Below, one piece after another: positions 1 to 9,989 of a stretch of 64,000 bases of DNA. The position numbers and the translations under genes are program-made. Numbering within the stretch: position 1 is the first letter of the stretch; every line of letters begins with the position of its first letter. This DNA comes from Cyanidioschyzon merolae (taxonomy: Eukaryota), in the NCBI GenBank assembly GCA_000091205.1, contig AP006496.2. One strand, given 5' to 3'. The notes under the pieces are model-generated. The model searched no databases and was not told where the DNA came from. It worked only from the letters and a program-made list of their open reading frames with translations.

Positions 1-960
1 TGCAAGTGAACGGTGTTCGCGCATGAGGAGACGAAGTGTATTCACGAAGCGGAAAACCCAACGAGCACGCTTCGATAACGCTCCTCTTTTCCGATTTTCA
101 TACGCATGCCGAATCACAGCAGCGATACTATCGATAATTAGCAGCTTTGGATCCGGAGAGTGTTCAAGGAACTTTCGAAACGGCCCGCGAATGTAACGTG
201 AAAGCGAGAGCGGTGAGCGCGCCACATGCGCACCCGTTTCCACGAGAATGCGGTTCAGGATGCTTTCCGGTGAACGAGCGATGTCGTTGCCATCGTTATC
301 TGCGGAAGAAGCTGTTGCTCGTGCAATATCAACGAGGCGTTCAGACGGAAAGCGACCGTTTTCTGTGTGCAGATATAGTGTCATTCCACGATTTCGAGCA
401 GCAAGTTGGAGGAGAAACTGTGTCTTCCCACTTCCAGCCTCGCCGTAAACCTCTGTCACTGCACCACAACGTATGCACACAACTTGGTCAAGAAGTGGAC
501 AACCCAGTGAAAGCGTGACGGGTGCGGGTGCGGGTGTCGATCCCTCCAGGGCACCGAAGCGTTCACCCTCCAGTTTGCCGCACAGGGCGCTCGCTGCGTG
601 CCGAGCCACTAGGCTGGTTTCCCGCGCGACGCGCTCGCACGCGCTCAGAAACGAAGCTCGCAGACCTATGTCGCCGTGCGTAGAGCTCCACGCTGCCAGT
701 TCCAATAAGGCCTTTGCATCCAAGTCGCTGTTAAACGGCTTCGAACCCGCAGTGCGGACCCCGGAGCGCGTTTTTTCGCGCTCTCGTGCGACAAGCCGTT
801 GAAGCGCACTTTCCGAACCTTCCGGGGCAAGACGAATCAAACGCTCTGCCAGCGCCAAGGGGAAAGCATCTGCAGGTGGTGTCTGCTGTACAGCAGCGTC
901 CAGTTCACACGGGAGTCTGACGTCTGCACAACCTGCGTCGTCAGTGCTTGCACAGTCCAT
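1..960 (-). CDS. RAD51 paralog, XRCC3/Rad57-like (partial; C-terminus runs off window start)
   Basis: Minus-strand frame open from an ATG (plus-strand CAT) at 958-960 down to position 1 with no stop. It is not in the ORF track because there is no in-window stop. Translation contains ...TLSLGCPLLDQVVCIRCGAVTEVYGEAGSGKTQFLLQLAARNRGMTLYLHTENGRFPSERL...KLLIIDSIAAVIRHAYENRKRGALSKRARW.... The Walker A GEAGSGKTQ and the LSLGCP.LD motif match XRCC3 (RLSLGCPVLDALL...AGRSSAGKTQLALQL); LLIIDSIAA matches the LVVIDSVAA Walker-B-region strand of the RecA fold. Confidence 0.72.
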   Translation of the reverse strand, partial: MDCASTDDAGCADVRLPCELDAAVQQTPPADAFPLALAERLIRLAPEGSESALQRLVAREREKTRSGVRTAGSKPFNSDLDAKALLELAAWSSTHGDIGLRASFLSACERVARETSLVARHAASALCGKLEGERFGALEGSTPAPAPVTLSLGCPLLDQVVCIRCGAVTEVYGEAGSGKTQFLLQLAARNRGMTLYLHTENGRFPSERLVDIARATASSADNDGNDIARSPESILNRILVETGAHVARSPLSLSRYIRGPFRKFLEHSPDPKLLIIDSIAAVIRHAYENRKRGALSKRARWVFRFVNTLRLLMREHRSLA

Positions 961-1650
961 CGAGCAACGTCTGCAAGTGGAGGCTTGCCGTTCCGTTCAC
1001 AGCATCAGGTGCCGGTAGCCAGGTTACTAACGCAACCAATTAAAAGCGACCATATATCAAGCGTTCTGAGCCCGAACTGCGTCCACCAGAGGGGCGTTCC
1101 GCAGTACTTGCCGCCAAGGCTTGTGTCAAAGCGACACGCGCTTGCCGTAGAACGCACCTTTAGTGCAGCGTCGGGCGCGAGCGACACGTCTACAGCGCGA
1201 TACTCGCCCCGCGCTTGTGCTGCAGTACCGGCTTTGTTACCAGTGGGTCTCTCTCGAGGAATACCTCGTGATGCGGTCATGCTCTGGGAGGCTTCACAAC
1301 TGCGCACCTACGCCATATTCATGCATGAAACAGCGGGTGCTTCGCATACAGGGACTGGATCGCATTCGAGTTCCGGGCTCGAGCGCTATTCCCATGAACT
1401 CGTCAGCTTTGTACAGAGGAAGAGGCAGAGACAGCGACTTTGTGCACCCAGTTGGCGATGCATTAAACCTGGCGATCTTGCCGTGAGCTCTGTCGCGCTC
1501 AAATACATGAACAAGCAAGTCCGTCGAGCGCGGAAACCGCAGTTGTGCACGTGCACTGCCCGCAGAACATTGGTCCCTAACAGCGTCTTCTGAGCGATAA
1601 ACAGTTGCTTCCCAGAGTCCGGGCACATCTGTGCTCAGAAGCAGGCTCTT

Positions 1651-2772
1651 TTACGAGACGTCAAGCGCTTCATTGCTCCCGGGTGCTCCCAAGTCCGGTG
1701 CGCATTCACGAGCAGCCGCCATATCATGCGGATCTTCTTCGTTTGCCGCAAGGCTCGCTCCAGGCTGTGCACCGGGAACGAAAGCCAACGGTGCGACTAA
1801 AAACTCAAAAAAACAATGTTGTGAGGCAGGGAAGGCGCCTTCTGAGGCCGCCAGCGCCACCTCCACCACAGCATTTGTCTTACGGTTCACAGAGTTGCGG
1901 AATCCGTGCCCTGTTGGCAGCGGCACTCGAGCTGTCATATGAAGTACATCATTCGCATTCATTCGGAGACGAACAAGATCGGCGCGCTGAAGTGCTCGCA
2001 GACATCTCTTGAGCAGCAGCGCACTATAGGCCACAGTCTGCTCCTGAACGCACTCAAACTCGAGAAAGGCAACGTCCTCAGCGGGTTCGTCGTCTCCTGT
2101 GCCAAAAAAAGGTATCTGGACGCGCACATTGGACACGGTTTGATCGCCGAGCGCCTGCATCCGCAAACCTGGGCAAGGATAGGGTACCATACTTAGTTGC
2201 GCTGCAGCCGCTCCGGTGTAGTCGAGTTCGGCGAGACAGATCGCGAGTACTCGACTCATGATTACAGCATCATTGTAAATCGGCACCTGAAGAAACTCAA
2301 AGTCATGGAGCGGAACTTGTGCTGCTGTCTGCACTTCACAGTCCAGGTAGCTTGTTGGATCGATCTGGAGCAACAACTGCAGCGGGCTTCCCCGTCGCTG
2401 GTACAGCATCCGCAGCGGTGCCCCGAGTGCAGACCTATCCACCGGACCTGTACAACCCACGAACAGTTGCAGACAGGTCAGTAGCTCTGTCCGTGGAACC
2501 TGAAAAGCAGTGTCCTCGACGACATCTGCCGGCGGGTGACACTCGAATAAGGTGAACAGCTCCCGCGGTAGCGTCACACACGCCTGAAAATAACCAGACT
2601 CTTGTACGACAAAGCGCAGTCCGTTCTGGTTGCGTGGAACCACCACAAGAACCAGGTCGCTAGAGAGAGAAGCTGCCGAAGGTAGACTTTGGAGCGCGTC
2701 AACCAGAAACTTTCCGCTTTGTAACTTGCATAAAAGCAACGGATTCGGGCTTTCGATGGCGCTGTCCACCAT
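1651..2772 (-). CDS. RAD1: Checkpoint clamp subunit RAD1 (9-1-1 complex; Rad1/Rec1/Rad17 family)
   Basis: 373-aa ORF; the ATG at 2770-2772 was verified. Segments align with human RAD1: APLRMLYQRRGSPLQLLLQ vs ALRMCYQGYGYPLMLFLEE; HDFEFLQVPIYNDAVIMSRVLAICLAELD vs DFDFCSTNVINKIILQSEGLREAFSELD; TAFQVPRTELLTCLQLF vs VTFRINLTVLLDCLSIF. There is a roughly 70-aa C-terminal extension. Confidence 0.8.
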   Translation of the reverse strand: MVDSAIESPNPLLLCKLQSGKFLVDALQSLPSAASLSSDLVLVVVPRNQNGLRFVVQESGYFQACVTLPRELFTLFECHPPADVVEDTAFQVPRTELLTCLQLFVGCTGPVDRSALGAPLRMLYQRRGSPLQLLLQIDPTSYLDCEVQTAAQVPLHDFEFLQVPIYNDAVIMSRVLAICLAELDYTGAAAAQLSMVPYPCPGLRMQALGDQTVSNVRVQIPFFGTGDDEPAEDVAFLEFECVQEQTVAYSALLLKRCLRALQRADLVRLRMNANDVLHMTARVPLPTGHGFRNSVNRKTNAVVEVALAASEGAFPASQHCFFEFLVAPLAFVPGAQPGASLAANEEDPHDMAAARECAPDLGAPGSNEALDVS

Positions 2773-3409
2773 AGATAGGTTACGGACGCCAGTTTCGGGA
2801 GCGGTCTAGCGAAATCACTTCCCGCCGTTTTGTGTATTGTGCGGACTCGGCGGCGTCGTTTTCGAGCAGCCGCAGCGGCCATGAAAACGTGTGTGCTCTC
2901 CGACACGAGGCCTGAGCTGCGGGACTTTGGTTGCAGAGCTGGCAAACGTTCTGGTGGGACACAAGTACGTTGATGAGAAGGATTTCGTGCGTTCCGAAAC
3001 CTCGTTCGGGAAGCACGCGCCACGCTCAGGGGTCTGAGCGCCGCCAAAGCTGCTCTAAAGTTCGACTGGCCTGGTGAAAGCTCATCACGAGGGAGGTACT
3101 TGTCGCGAACGTGTCTCGCAAACCCAATAATGTTCTTGATAGCAGAAAAATGGTCTGGTTAAATCACATGACGATGGAGACGTCTGGTTCACTAGTGTCT
3201 CGCGAACCCCGCAGTATCCTCATTCGATTCGAGCAATTGTTGCATCCCAGGGACAGAGAGAAGGCTTGAGTTGCGTGCTACATCAAGCGTTCTGCGTTGC
3301 GTTGGAAAATCGAGCGGCACCGAGTCGGGTCTATCTATTCGCGCGTACTGCACCCATCTTTACACGGCGATCGAAGCACACCGTTGGAGATACGCACAAA
3401 CTTGTAAAA

Positions 3410-4549
3410 CTAGAGCGGCGCCACGCTGAGCCGGACTAGTTCGGGAAACTGCGCTATCATATCTTCCTCCGTGAGCGTGTCGTTCGGTCGATCAGGGGTC
3501 CAGAGAACCTCCACCGCAAGCAGGTCGTCTTCCGTGACACCATGAAGCGCCTCCAAGACATGGCCGCTGGAGCGCGCAACACCTGTGAGGTTCCGGATCG
3601 CGACAAGAAGCGCCACCACGAGGAAGCTATCAGGCTCTGTTTCCTCCCCAGGCGCATTATTTGCATCTCCAGTTTCATCTGAATGAATTCGGCGGACGCC
3701 GTCCAAGTTCAGGACGGTGTCTTCACGCCAATTCGCTTTAATCTGCACGCTCATTCGACGAAAGGAGCTTTCAGCAGCCGATTCTTCAGATGCATCGAAG
3801 GTTAGCACATCGTGAGCAGATGCGTACCATCCCTCGCCGGTCTCGCGGGCTCTTTCAAGCAAGAGCGTAGCGTCGCGGAGAAGATGGCAAAGATCTCGTG
3901 GTTGCGTTGTGTCTAGCTCTGCAGCTAGGGCTTGCAGTTTGGGACGGACAAAGTCTCGAGCTTCGCCTCGAAGCGCGACCAATAGTCGAGCGACGGCTAT
4001 GCTTCCCGGCTGGAAGCTTATCCCACGCTTGGTCCGGTCACCGCGACTTTTCAGGGTCGAAGCAGCTATGACGCTACCGAAAATCGCTATCTCCCATGGA
4101 AACGAGTTGCCGGTTCGTGGACCACGAGCCGTAGGCACTTGGACGCTCACTGTTCCTTCGCTGTCAGAAAAGCTCAGGTCGCCAGTGGTTTCCTGTCTGT
4201 ACACCTGGCGACTTGGTCTACCAGGGAGGACTGTATCACTGGGACCAGTGCCAGACGACTCTGAACGGCTCCAACCGCCGACACTGCCGCCCGTTCGACT
4301 GGCGAGCACTTGTTGAACCGCCACTCCGGAACGGTTTTGCACGAACAGTACTTGCGCCGGCACGGGCTGCAGCCACGGAAAAGTCATCAACAGCCCCCGG
4401 CGTGGTTGACAACCCAAACGCGACGCTCTTCTTGTTCTGCGCGCTCTGAAGTGCACGCCTTCCTCCTGAGGAGAAACCGGTACGAGCGTGCGTACTGCTG
4501 CACCAAAACGCCCGCTCGTTGCACCTGGGGCTCCTCCGCAACTGAACAT
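3410..4549 (-). CDS. Hypothetical protein (no recognisable domain)
   Basis: The 382-aa track ORF 3410..4558 begins with GTG; the first in-frame ATG gives 3410..4549. The product is acidic, S/G/R-rich and has no motif I can assign. The overlapping minus ORF 4236..4943 in another frame is probably spurious. Confidence 0.35.
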   Translation of the reverse strand: MFSCGGAPGATSGRFGAAVRTLVPVSPQEEGVHFRARRTRRASRLGCQPRRGLLMTFPWLQPVPAQVLFVQNRSGVAVQQVLASRTGGSVGGWSRSESSGTGPSDTVLPGRPSRQVYRQETTGDLSFSDSEGTVSVQVPTARGPRTGNSFPWEIAIFGSVIAASTLKSRGDRTKRGISFQPGSIAVARLLVALRGEARDFVRPKLQALAAELDTTQPRDLCHLLRDATLLLERARETGEGWYASAHDVLTFDASEESAAESSFRRMSVQIKANWREDTVLNLDGVRRIHSDETGDANNAPGEETEPDSFLVVALLVAIRNLTGVARSSGHVLEALHGVTEDDLLAVEVLWTPDRPNDTLTEEDMIAQFPELVRLSVAPL

Positions 4550-6596
4550 TGTGAACACGGTGTAAACGGTTTACGTCTAGAGCGAAAAGCTTCAGTTCGC
4601 ACAGCGGCAGCAATCTCCTATGGCTCAGCGTCTCGAGGCTGTGCCCAAGTCCGGTGCCAGCAACGGTTCCTAGCGCGCAACTCGCCGCAGAACAGCGGCA
4701 AGCAGATGCCAAAGGCTTTCTTATGTTCTGGAGAACGTTTGCACTGATAAGTGTGGACGACGGAACGAATACATTACGGAGATCGAGTGCGTGTATGCAC
4801 CCACTCACAGAAACCTCCCGGTCATTTTTGACCGGCCGGCTGCATTCGGCTTTAGCGTCTGATTGTACACTTCGAGCGGGAGAGGCTGCCCCACGAAGTT
4901 GGATTGCCCCAGCTCCTCGGGTCTTGTTCTCAGCTGCACACATCGTTTGCTATTGATGGCACTGTTGAAGTGTGGGTTCACGAACTCCTTGCGGGCTTTG
5001 CCGCTGGTGGAACGCACCTTTGCAAGGATTCCTCCACGTCGCGCCCTCTGTGCCACCACAGTCTTGTTATATTGCGTCGGGCAACGAGCTTTTCTCGCTT
5101 GTCTCGCCATTTCTTCATATTCGTCGTTTGCTCTTTGTCTGTCGACGGTCGGCGAGAAGGGGATTGTTTCCGATCTTTTCCCCGCACTCGGCGATGAACG
5201 GCCGCCGAAAGGCTCGACCTCCATGTCCGTAACTGTCCCTTGGATTTTTTATGTTTCCAATATGCACGTACTTGCTTATGCTGTTGGGCGAGGACCTTCC
5301 CTGCGTGAAAATGACTTGTGGAAGATCGACGACATGTGTCCCGATGTGTCGCCGTGTGCTGAGCGCTTCAGCGATTCGCCCAGTGGCGCGAACCTTACAT
5401 TTCGCAACCGAGAACACTTCTTCGGTAGGGTTGAAACACGGAGCCTACGGAGGAATGAGAACCAGCTCTACCCCCGATAGAATCGGCAAAAGCTTGAACG
5501 CATGGGGAATGGTGAGATGCTACATTGTGCAATTCAAGGACGTCGCCATACCTCAGGGAAAAGTCTTCAGTGACTCGACAATGAAGATGCTATTGCGGGA
5601 GCCTTCTCTACGAGCCAAAATTGAGGCCGCCGAATCCATGCACTGCATCTGGAACACTTGATGACGTCGTCGTTCTCTTCGAGACCGATCGTACGTACAA
5701 CGGACTCCCAGCTCCGCGAATGCCCATAAACGCTCCGAGCGTTTCGTACAATGAACGTCTCATCGATGAAAACAACAAACCGACACCTCCCTACTTGATA
5801 TCGATCGTACCTTTCCAGACACGCTGTCGGTACAATATCAGTGGAAGATGACCGAGCGTGAATTAGGACTCTCTTTTTGCGTCTGCATCCTAATGTTGCT
5901 GAGGACTGCACGAACAACCCGCAGAGAAATAGAGACGCGCCTGGCAAACACGATCGACGCTTTTGCTTTCTCCACAGCGATCAACGGACCGCTTTTCTAC
6001 CATTGACCGCACGCACGCTTTGAGCATATCCATTTTTGGCGATGATTGCATACACGAGTTTCTTGCAGTGTTCGTCAGCCAGCAGCGTACTGTGCTATGA
6101 CTGACCTGAAAGAGGAATGCATTCCTCCTCGCACTATCCGGTAAAGCATATATATCTCCTACAATCAATGCATCTACGATCTATACAGCACATTGCATGG
6201 TGATGTCGATCGCCTGCTGGACACCGCAGCGGGGGCGCAGCAACCAAATCGAATCGGAAGACGAGAAGGGAAATGTAGCGCTCACGCTTCTGGGGAAGTC
6301 TGGATCGATTCTCCGATCCGGTCTCATCAGCTCCACGGGAGCGAAAATGCTTGTCGCTGCTTTCATGTCCAACATCAGGTCTGTGTTCGTGACATAGACA
6401 CTCGGCTTCTCAGTACCAGCATTCATCGAGTTGCGGCTCGTGAGCGCTTTGTGCGGAGGAGGTGCTCGTGAGCACTCGCGCGGACACGTCGTCGCGGCGT
6501 CCGCATTCGGCAGCGCAGCGGTACCGGCTGGGCATCTTGGCTGAGGATCGTGTGCTGCCTGCCGGACTGCGCTGCTCGACACAACTTGCACACTTT

Positions 6597-7913
6597 ATGC
6601 AAATGACGTCATCAGAGACGCCTTTATACCCTTTTTCATTCACAATCTACCAGGGCTGTGTAGAAACTTGGTCGGAGTGGGCTCGAGAGCCGGACGTTGT
6701 CGCCCTGGAGACACTGCTCCGAGTGTGCGGCGTACCCGACAGTGCTGTGCAGACGCTTTCCAGCGGTACGCCTTACATGACCGATCGACTGGTGTTTCCG
6801 GTGCTTCACATACGTCGAAACGCCGAGCAGTGTGGTGAAGCGCCGCTTCAGGACTTTGTAGTTAGTGGCTGGTACGCTTGTCGGGGCTTGTTGCTCGACT
6901 TGGGGGTGCTCTCACCAGGGCAGTGCACGCCGGTCGCAGAGTCGCTGGTCTCACTGGTCCGCGATCGACTGGATCTTGGTCGTTTGTATGAATGGTGGCA
7001 CATAGATGCGAACTATTCTAGCTTCACGAAGCGCTACTGGTCGACGTTGTACCAGCTGCCGTGGATGGCGCGATGGACGATGCCCCGGCAGGAACGCGAC
7101 GCGGTGCGTACACGTCTGCTCATGCAGAGCGCAGCGTATCGACAGGTGCTTCGTCGGACTCGACCGACTTCGTCCAGTGGCGGAGCTACTTTCCGCAGTC
7201 CTTTTCCACCGGAGCGACGGCAGCAGCAGGGTCAGGAACGTGACCTTCATTCAGCGTCGTGGTCTGACGCGTCTGCGGCGCCCGCAGCGACGGCAGGGGA
7301 AGCAGGTGCGGCCGCGCTGGAAGCCGCAGCAGATGCTGAATTCTGGTCTCTGGAGATTGAACCTGTCCTTGATGCTCTCGCTGCGATGCTGGGTGAGCAT
7401 CGCTATTTCCAGTGCAGCAAAACGCTAGCGCCCACGACGACTGCGATGGAATCGCAGAATGGACCAACGACTGCACCAGGTTACGTGGACGCAGTGGTAT
7501 ACGGCCATTTGCTCGTATATTTACAGATGGAGCTACCAGTTGCGAGTCGCTTACGGGCGCTCGTAGCACAGCGACCGACACTGCAGCGTTATGTGGCACG
7601 AATGCGAGACACGCACTTACATTCGTGTGCTGAGGAGCAATCTGGGGCGGCGGAAGGTGTGCCACCCAGGGTCGCATCCGCTGGTGATTTGCCACGACCG
7701 CATCCGTCGCATGCTTCGTGGCAGGCAACCGGTAGCGCAAGGTCGAGCAACCGGTCCAAAATGAGCTCGACGCCAGAGGAGGACGCAGCCCAAGAACGCC
7801 AATTGGCGAATCGCACATTCGTCTGGCTCGCTGTTGGCAGCTTTATCTTTTACGCTTTATTCGGGACAGCGCTCGATGTTCGCATCGGAGACAGCTCGTA
7901 CGATGCAACATGA
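6597..7913 (+). CDS. Metaxin/Sam37-like GST-fold mitochondrial outer-membrane protein
   Basis: Track ORF 6462..7913 starts with GTG; the first ATG is at 6597 (MQMTSSETPLYPFSFTIYQGCVETW...). A GST-C-like region, LDALAAMLGEHRYFQCS...PGYVDAVVYGHLLVYLQMELPVASRLRALVAQRPTLQRYVARM, resembles metaxin-1 (LTLLSQRLGSQKFFFGDAP...SLDAFVFSYLALLLQAKLPSGKLQVHLRGLHNLCAYCTHI). A C-terminal hydrophobic anchor FVWLAVGSFIFYALFG matches the metaxin-1 tail anchor. Confidence 0.55.
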   Translation: MQMTSSETPLYPFSFTIYQGCVETWSEWAREPDVVALETLLRVCGVPDSAVQTLSSGTPYMTDRLVFPVLHIRRNAEQCGEAPLQDFVVSGWYACRGLLLDLGVLSPGQCTPVAESLVSLVRDRLDLGRLYEWWHIDANYSSFTKRYWSTLYQLPWMARWTMPRQERDAVRTRLLMQSAAYRQVLRRTRPTSSSGGATFRSPFPPERRQQQGQERDLHSASWSDASAAPAATAGEAGAAALEAAADAEFWSLEIEPVLDALAAMLGEHRYFQCSKTLAPTTTAMESQNGPTTAPGYVDAVVYGHLLVYLQMELPVASRLRALVAQRPTLQRYVARMRDTHLHSCAEEQSGAAEGVPPRVASAGDLPRPHPSHASWQATGSARSSNRSKMSSTPEEDAAQERQLANRTFVWLAVGSFIFYALFGTALDVRIGDSSYDAT

Positions 7914-8407
7914 GTTACACCGACATTTGACGTCTGCCCGAAGCGGGCCGGGAGAAGGGGTCAAAGCATCCTCGGTCGATCATGGAGGCTGTTGTCGTTG
8001 CAGATGAAGCGGGGCATTTTCACTGCTGCTTGCACGTAGAGCGACTGACATATGCACATGCCGGTAACCGCTTGCCTACTGGTCTGCTTGCCTGCCTGAT
8101 GGTCATCATGCTGGCAGATGGGTGTCTATACCATCTAGAGTCTCATGATGAGTTGCGAGTCTGGCAGCTGTGCGTCGCAGATGCGTAATTCTGGACGCAG
8201 ACGCGACGCTCCAAGATCCCGAGATTTACTGCAACGCACACACAAGTGACGGATGGAACGTGCAGATTCAGCGCATGATGCAAACGTTATCATGCACAAG
8301 AGCAGTCTGCACATGGATTGAGGAATTCGTGGACAATGGTATGCAGTAGCGTATGCGTCCACCGCCTGCCTACATGATACCGCTGGACACCTGTATTCAC
8401 CCAGGAA

Positions 8408-9679
8408 TCAGTCCATGAGCGGGAAAAGATACTCTTTGACAATATCACGCAGTAGAATGCGGGCATCGTCTGCCTGCAGATCACGTGTATCTGCAAGCAA
8501 GCACCTGACGCGCTCCGCGGCATTCCTCACGTTCTCGTCAACGACGGCACATGTTTGAGGGTGCTCCTGGTCAGACAAGCGCTGCATCCTGCGTACGCGA
8601 TGATTTGGTGATGGCGGTGGCCGCCTGGATGCACTGCTTGGCGCTGGGGGCGGCGAAAAACTCATATTGACGGCGCTCGTGCCGGCAGTAGCCTGCTGGG
8701 TCCGTTGGGCGTTCGCCTCAGAGGCGAACTCGTCGCCACCAGTGGACGCATGTGCGCTACACGACGCTGCGGAGCGACTGCGGAGACGCTGCATCGTGCC
8801 GGCAGCAGCAGCGTGACGGCGTGAGCACAGCATTTGCCGCAGGGCGACTTCGAAGGCCTCGGTTTTCGCGACAGCATCTGAGAGCGCCTGCACTGTACTC
8901 GCTCGGGTTGCAACCGTCTGCGATGTCGACAGGATACATGGCCAATCGCGCTGTTTGATCCAGGATAACATGGATGCATCGGCAGGCATGCCGAAGTAGT
9001 GGACAGTTAGTTCGTAGTACGCTGGGGCGCCCTGCTCAAACTCGAGGAGGTAGTCGAGAGGCACACGCTCGTGGCGCACCTGCACTGAAGGTCTGCTGCG
9101 CGGGAACGGCCGGTACCCCTGGGGATAGACGCGGAAAGCGCGCAGCGCAACCTGCCCGACTCGGCGGCTCCGGACCGGGTCCACGATGAGGATCACCCAG
9201 GGTCCTTGGCCGCTTTCCTGAACAGCACCGTGACTTGCCAGTTCACTTCGGCTGAGCCAGCAGCCGTATCCGTGATGCGAGCGGTACCAGCCGACAGCGT
9301 TCAAGGCGATGCCCGGCGTCAGTAGCTGCGAGCGGTTCTCGGGCAGTTGAGCGTCGCGCGCTGGTGACACTGGTACAGGCACTGTACCTGGAGGCGCGCA
9401 AGCAGGTGTCGCGTCCCAAACGACGACCGCTCGGCTCGACGCTCCTGGCGGCACGAAACCCCATAAAACCCCTTGTGTTTCTGTTGCGGAACACTGTTCA
9501 AAGCAGTGGCTTGTCACTTCGCTCAGCGCGAGCACCGAAACGTACACGTCGCGAAACGTGGTCGCTGTCGTTTCGGAACCCTGTTCGGACTCGTGCAGTA
9601 GCGTCGCTGTGCGCTCCAGCAAGGAGCCTGTCTCGCGGAGGCGACGCCAACCGCTAGGGTATGCGACGCGCTCGAGCAT
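8408..9679 (-). CDS. CSN5: COP9 signalosome subunit 5 / JAB1-like MPN (JAMM) domain protein with variant metal-binding motif
   Basis: 423-aa ORF; the ATG at 9677-9679 was verified. It aligns with human CSN5: [32 protein letters not shown] vs [49 protein letters not shown] vs [49 protein letters not shown] vs [55 protein letters not shown]...[16 protein letters not shown] vs [25 protein letters not shown]...LLWNKYWVNTLSSS. Confidence 0.85.
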   Translation of the reverse strand: [423 protein letters not shown]

Positions 9680-9989
9680 AGTCGACTAGGTGCAGAAAGC
9701 TTCGACGGGTCCGAGCGTCGTCACCGGACCTTGTTCGAAAAGCATTCTCATTCGTTGGACAAGCTTTGCAACGTAGTGTTCGCCCGCCGTCTGGTACGGC
9801 GTTTCGCCACCACAGCGGGGCGTTCTCGCGAGAACTCGAAAGTCGAAAGAGCCGCCGCGCAGCCGAATAAGTGCACGCTGGTATCGTATTGCGTGGGCTT
9901 TGTTTCGTACCAGGTATCTAGTGATTCACAATGTGTTCAGGAGTCATCGTTCATGAGCAATGAATCTTTAAAATTCCTGGTTCAGCATG

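Noticed and set aside
799-1593. Plus-strand ORF of 264 aa (also 473..802 and 147..518) at the window start
   Set aside because: They overlap, antisense, the well-supported minus-strand RAD51-paralog CDS (1-960) and its upstream region. They are R/S/C-rich with no motifs, typical of chance ORFs in GC-rich DNA.
4805-5224. 139-aa basic ORF (minus) with lysine/arginine-rich segment KARCPTQYNKTVVAQRARRGGILAKVRS that superficially resembles a small ribosomal or nucleolar protein
   Set aside because: I could not match it to any specific ribosomal protein family from memory. It overlaps a 205-aa plus-strand ORF of equal plausibility. The region 4.6-6.4 kb may contain a small gene, but I cannot support a call.
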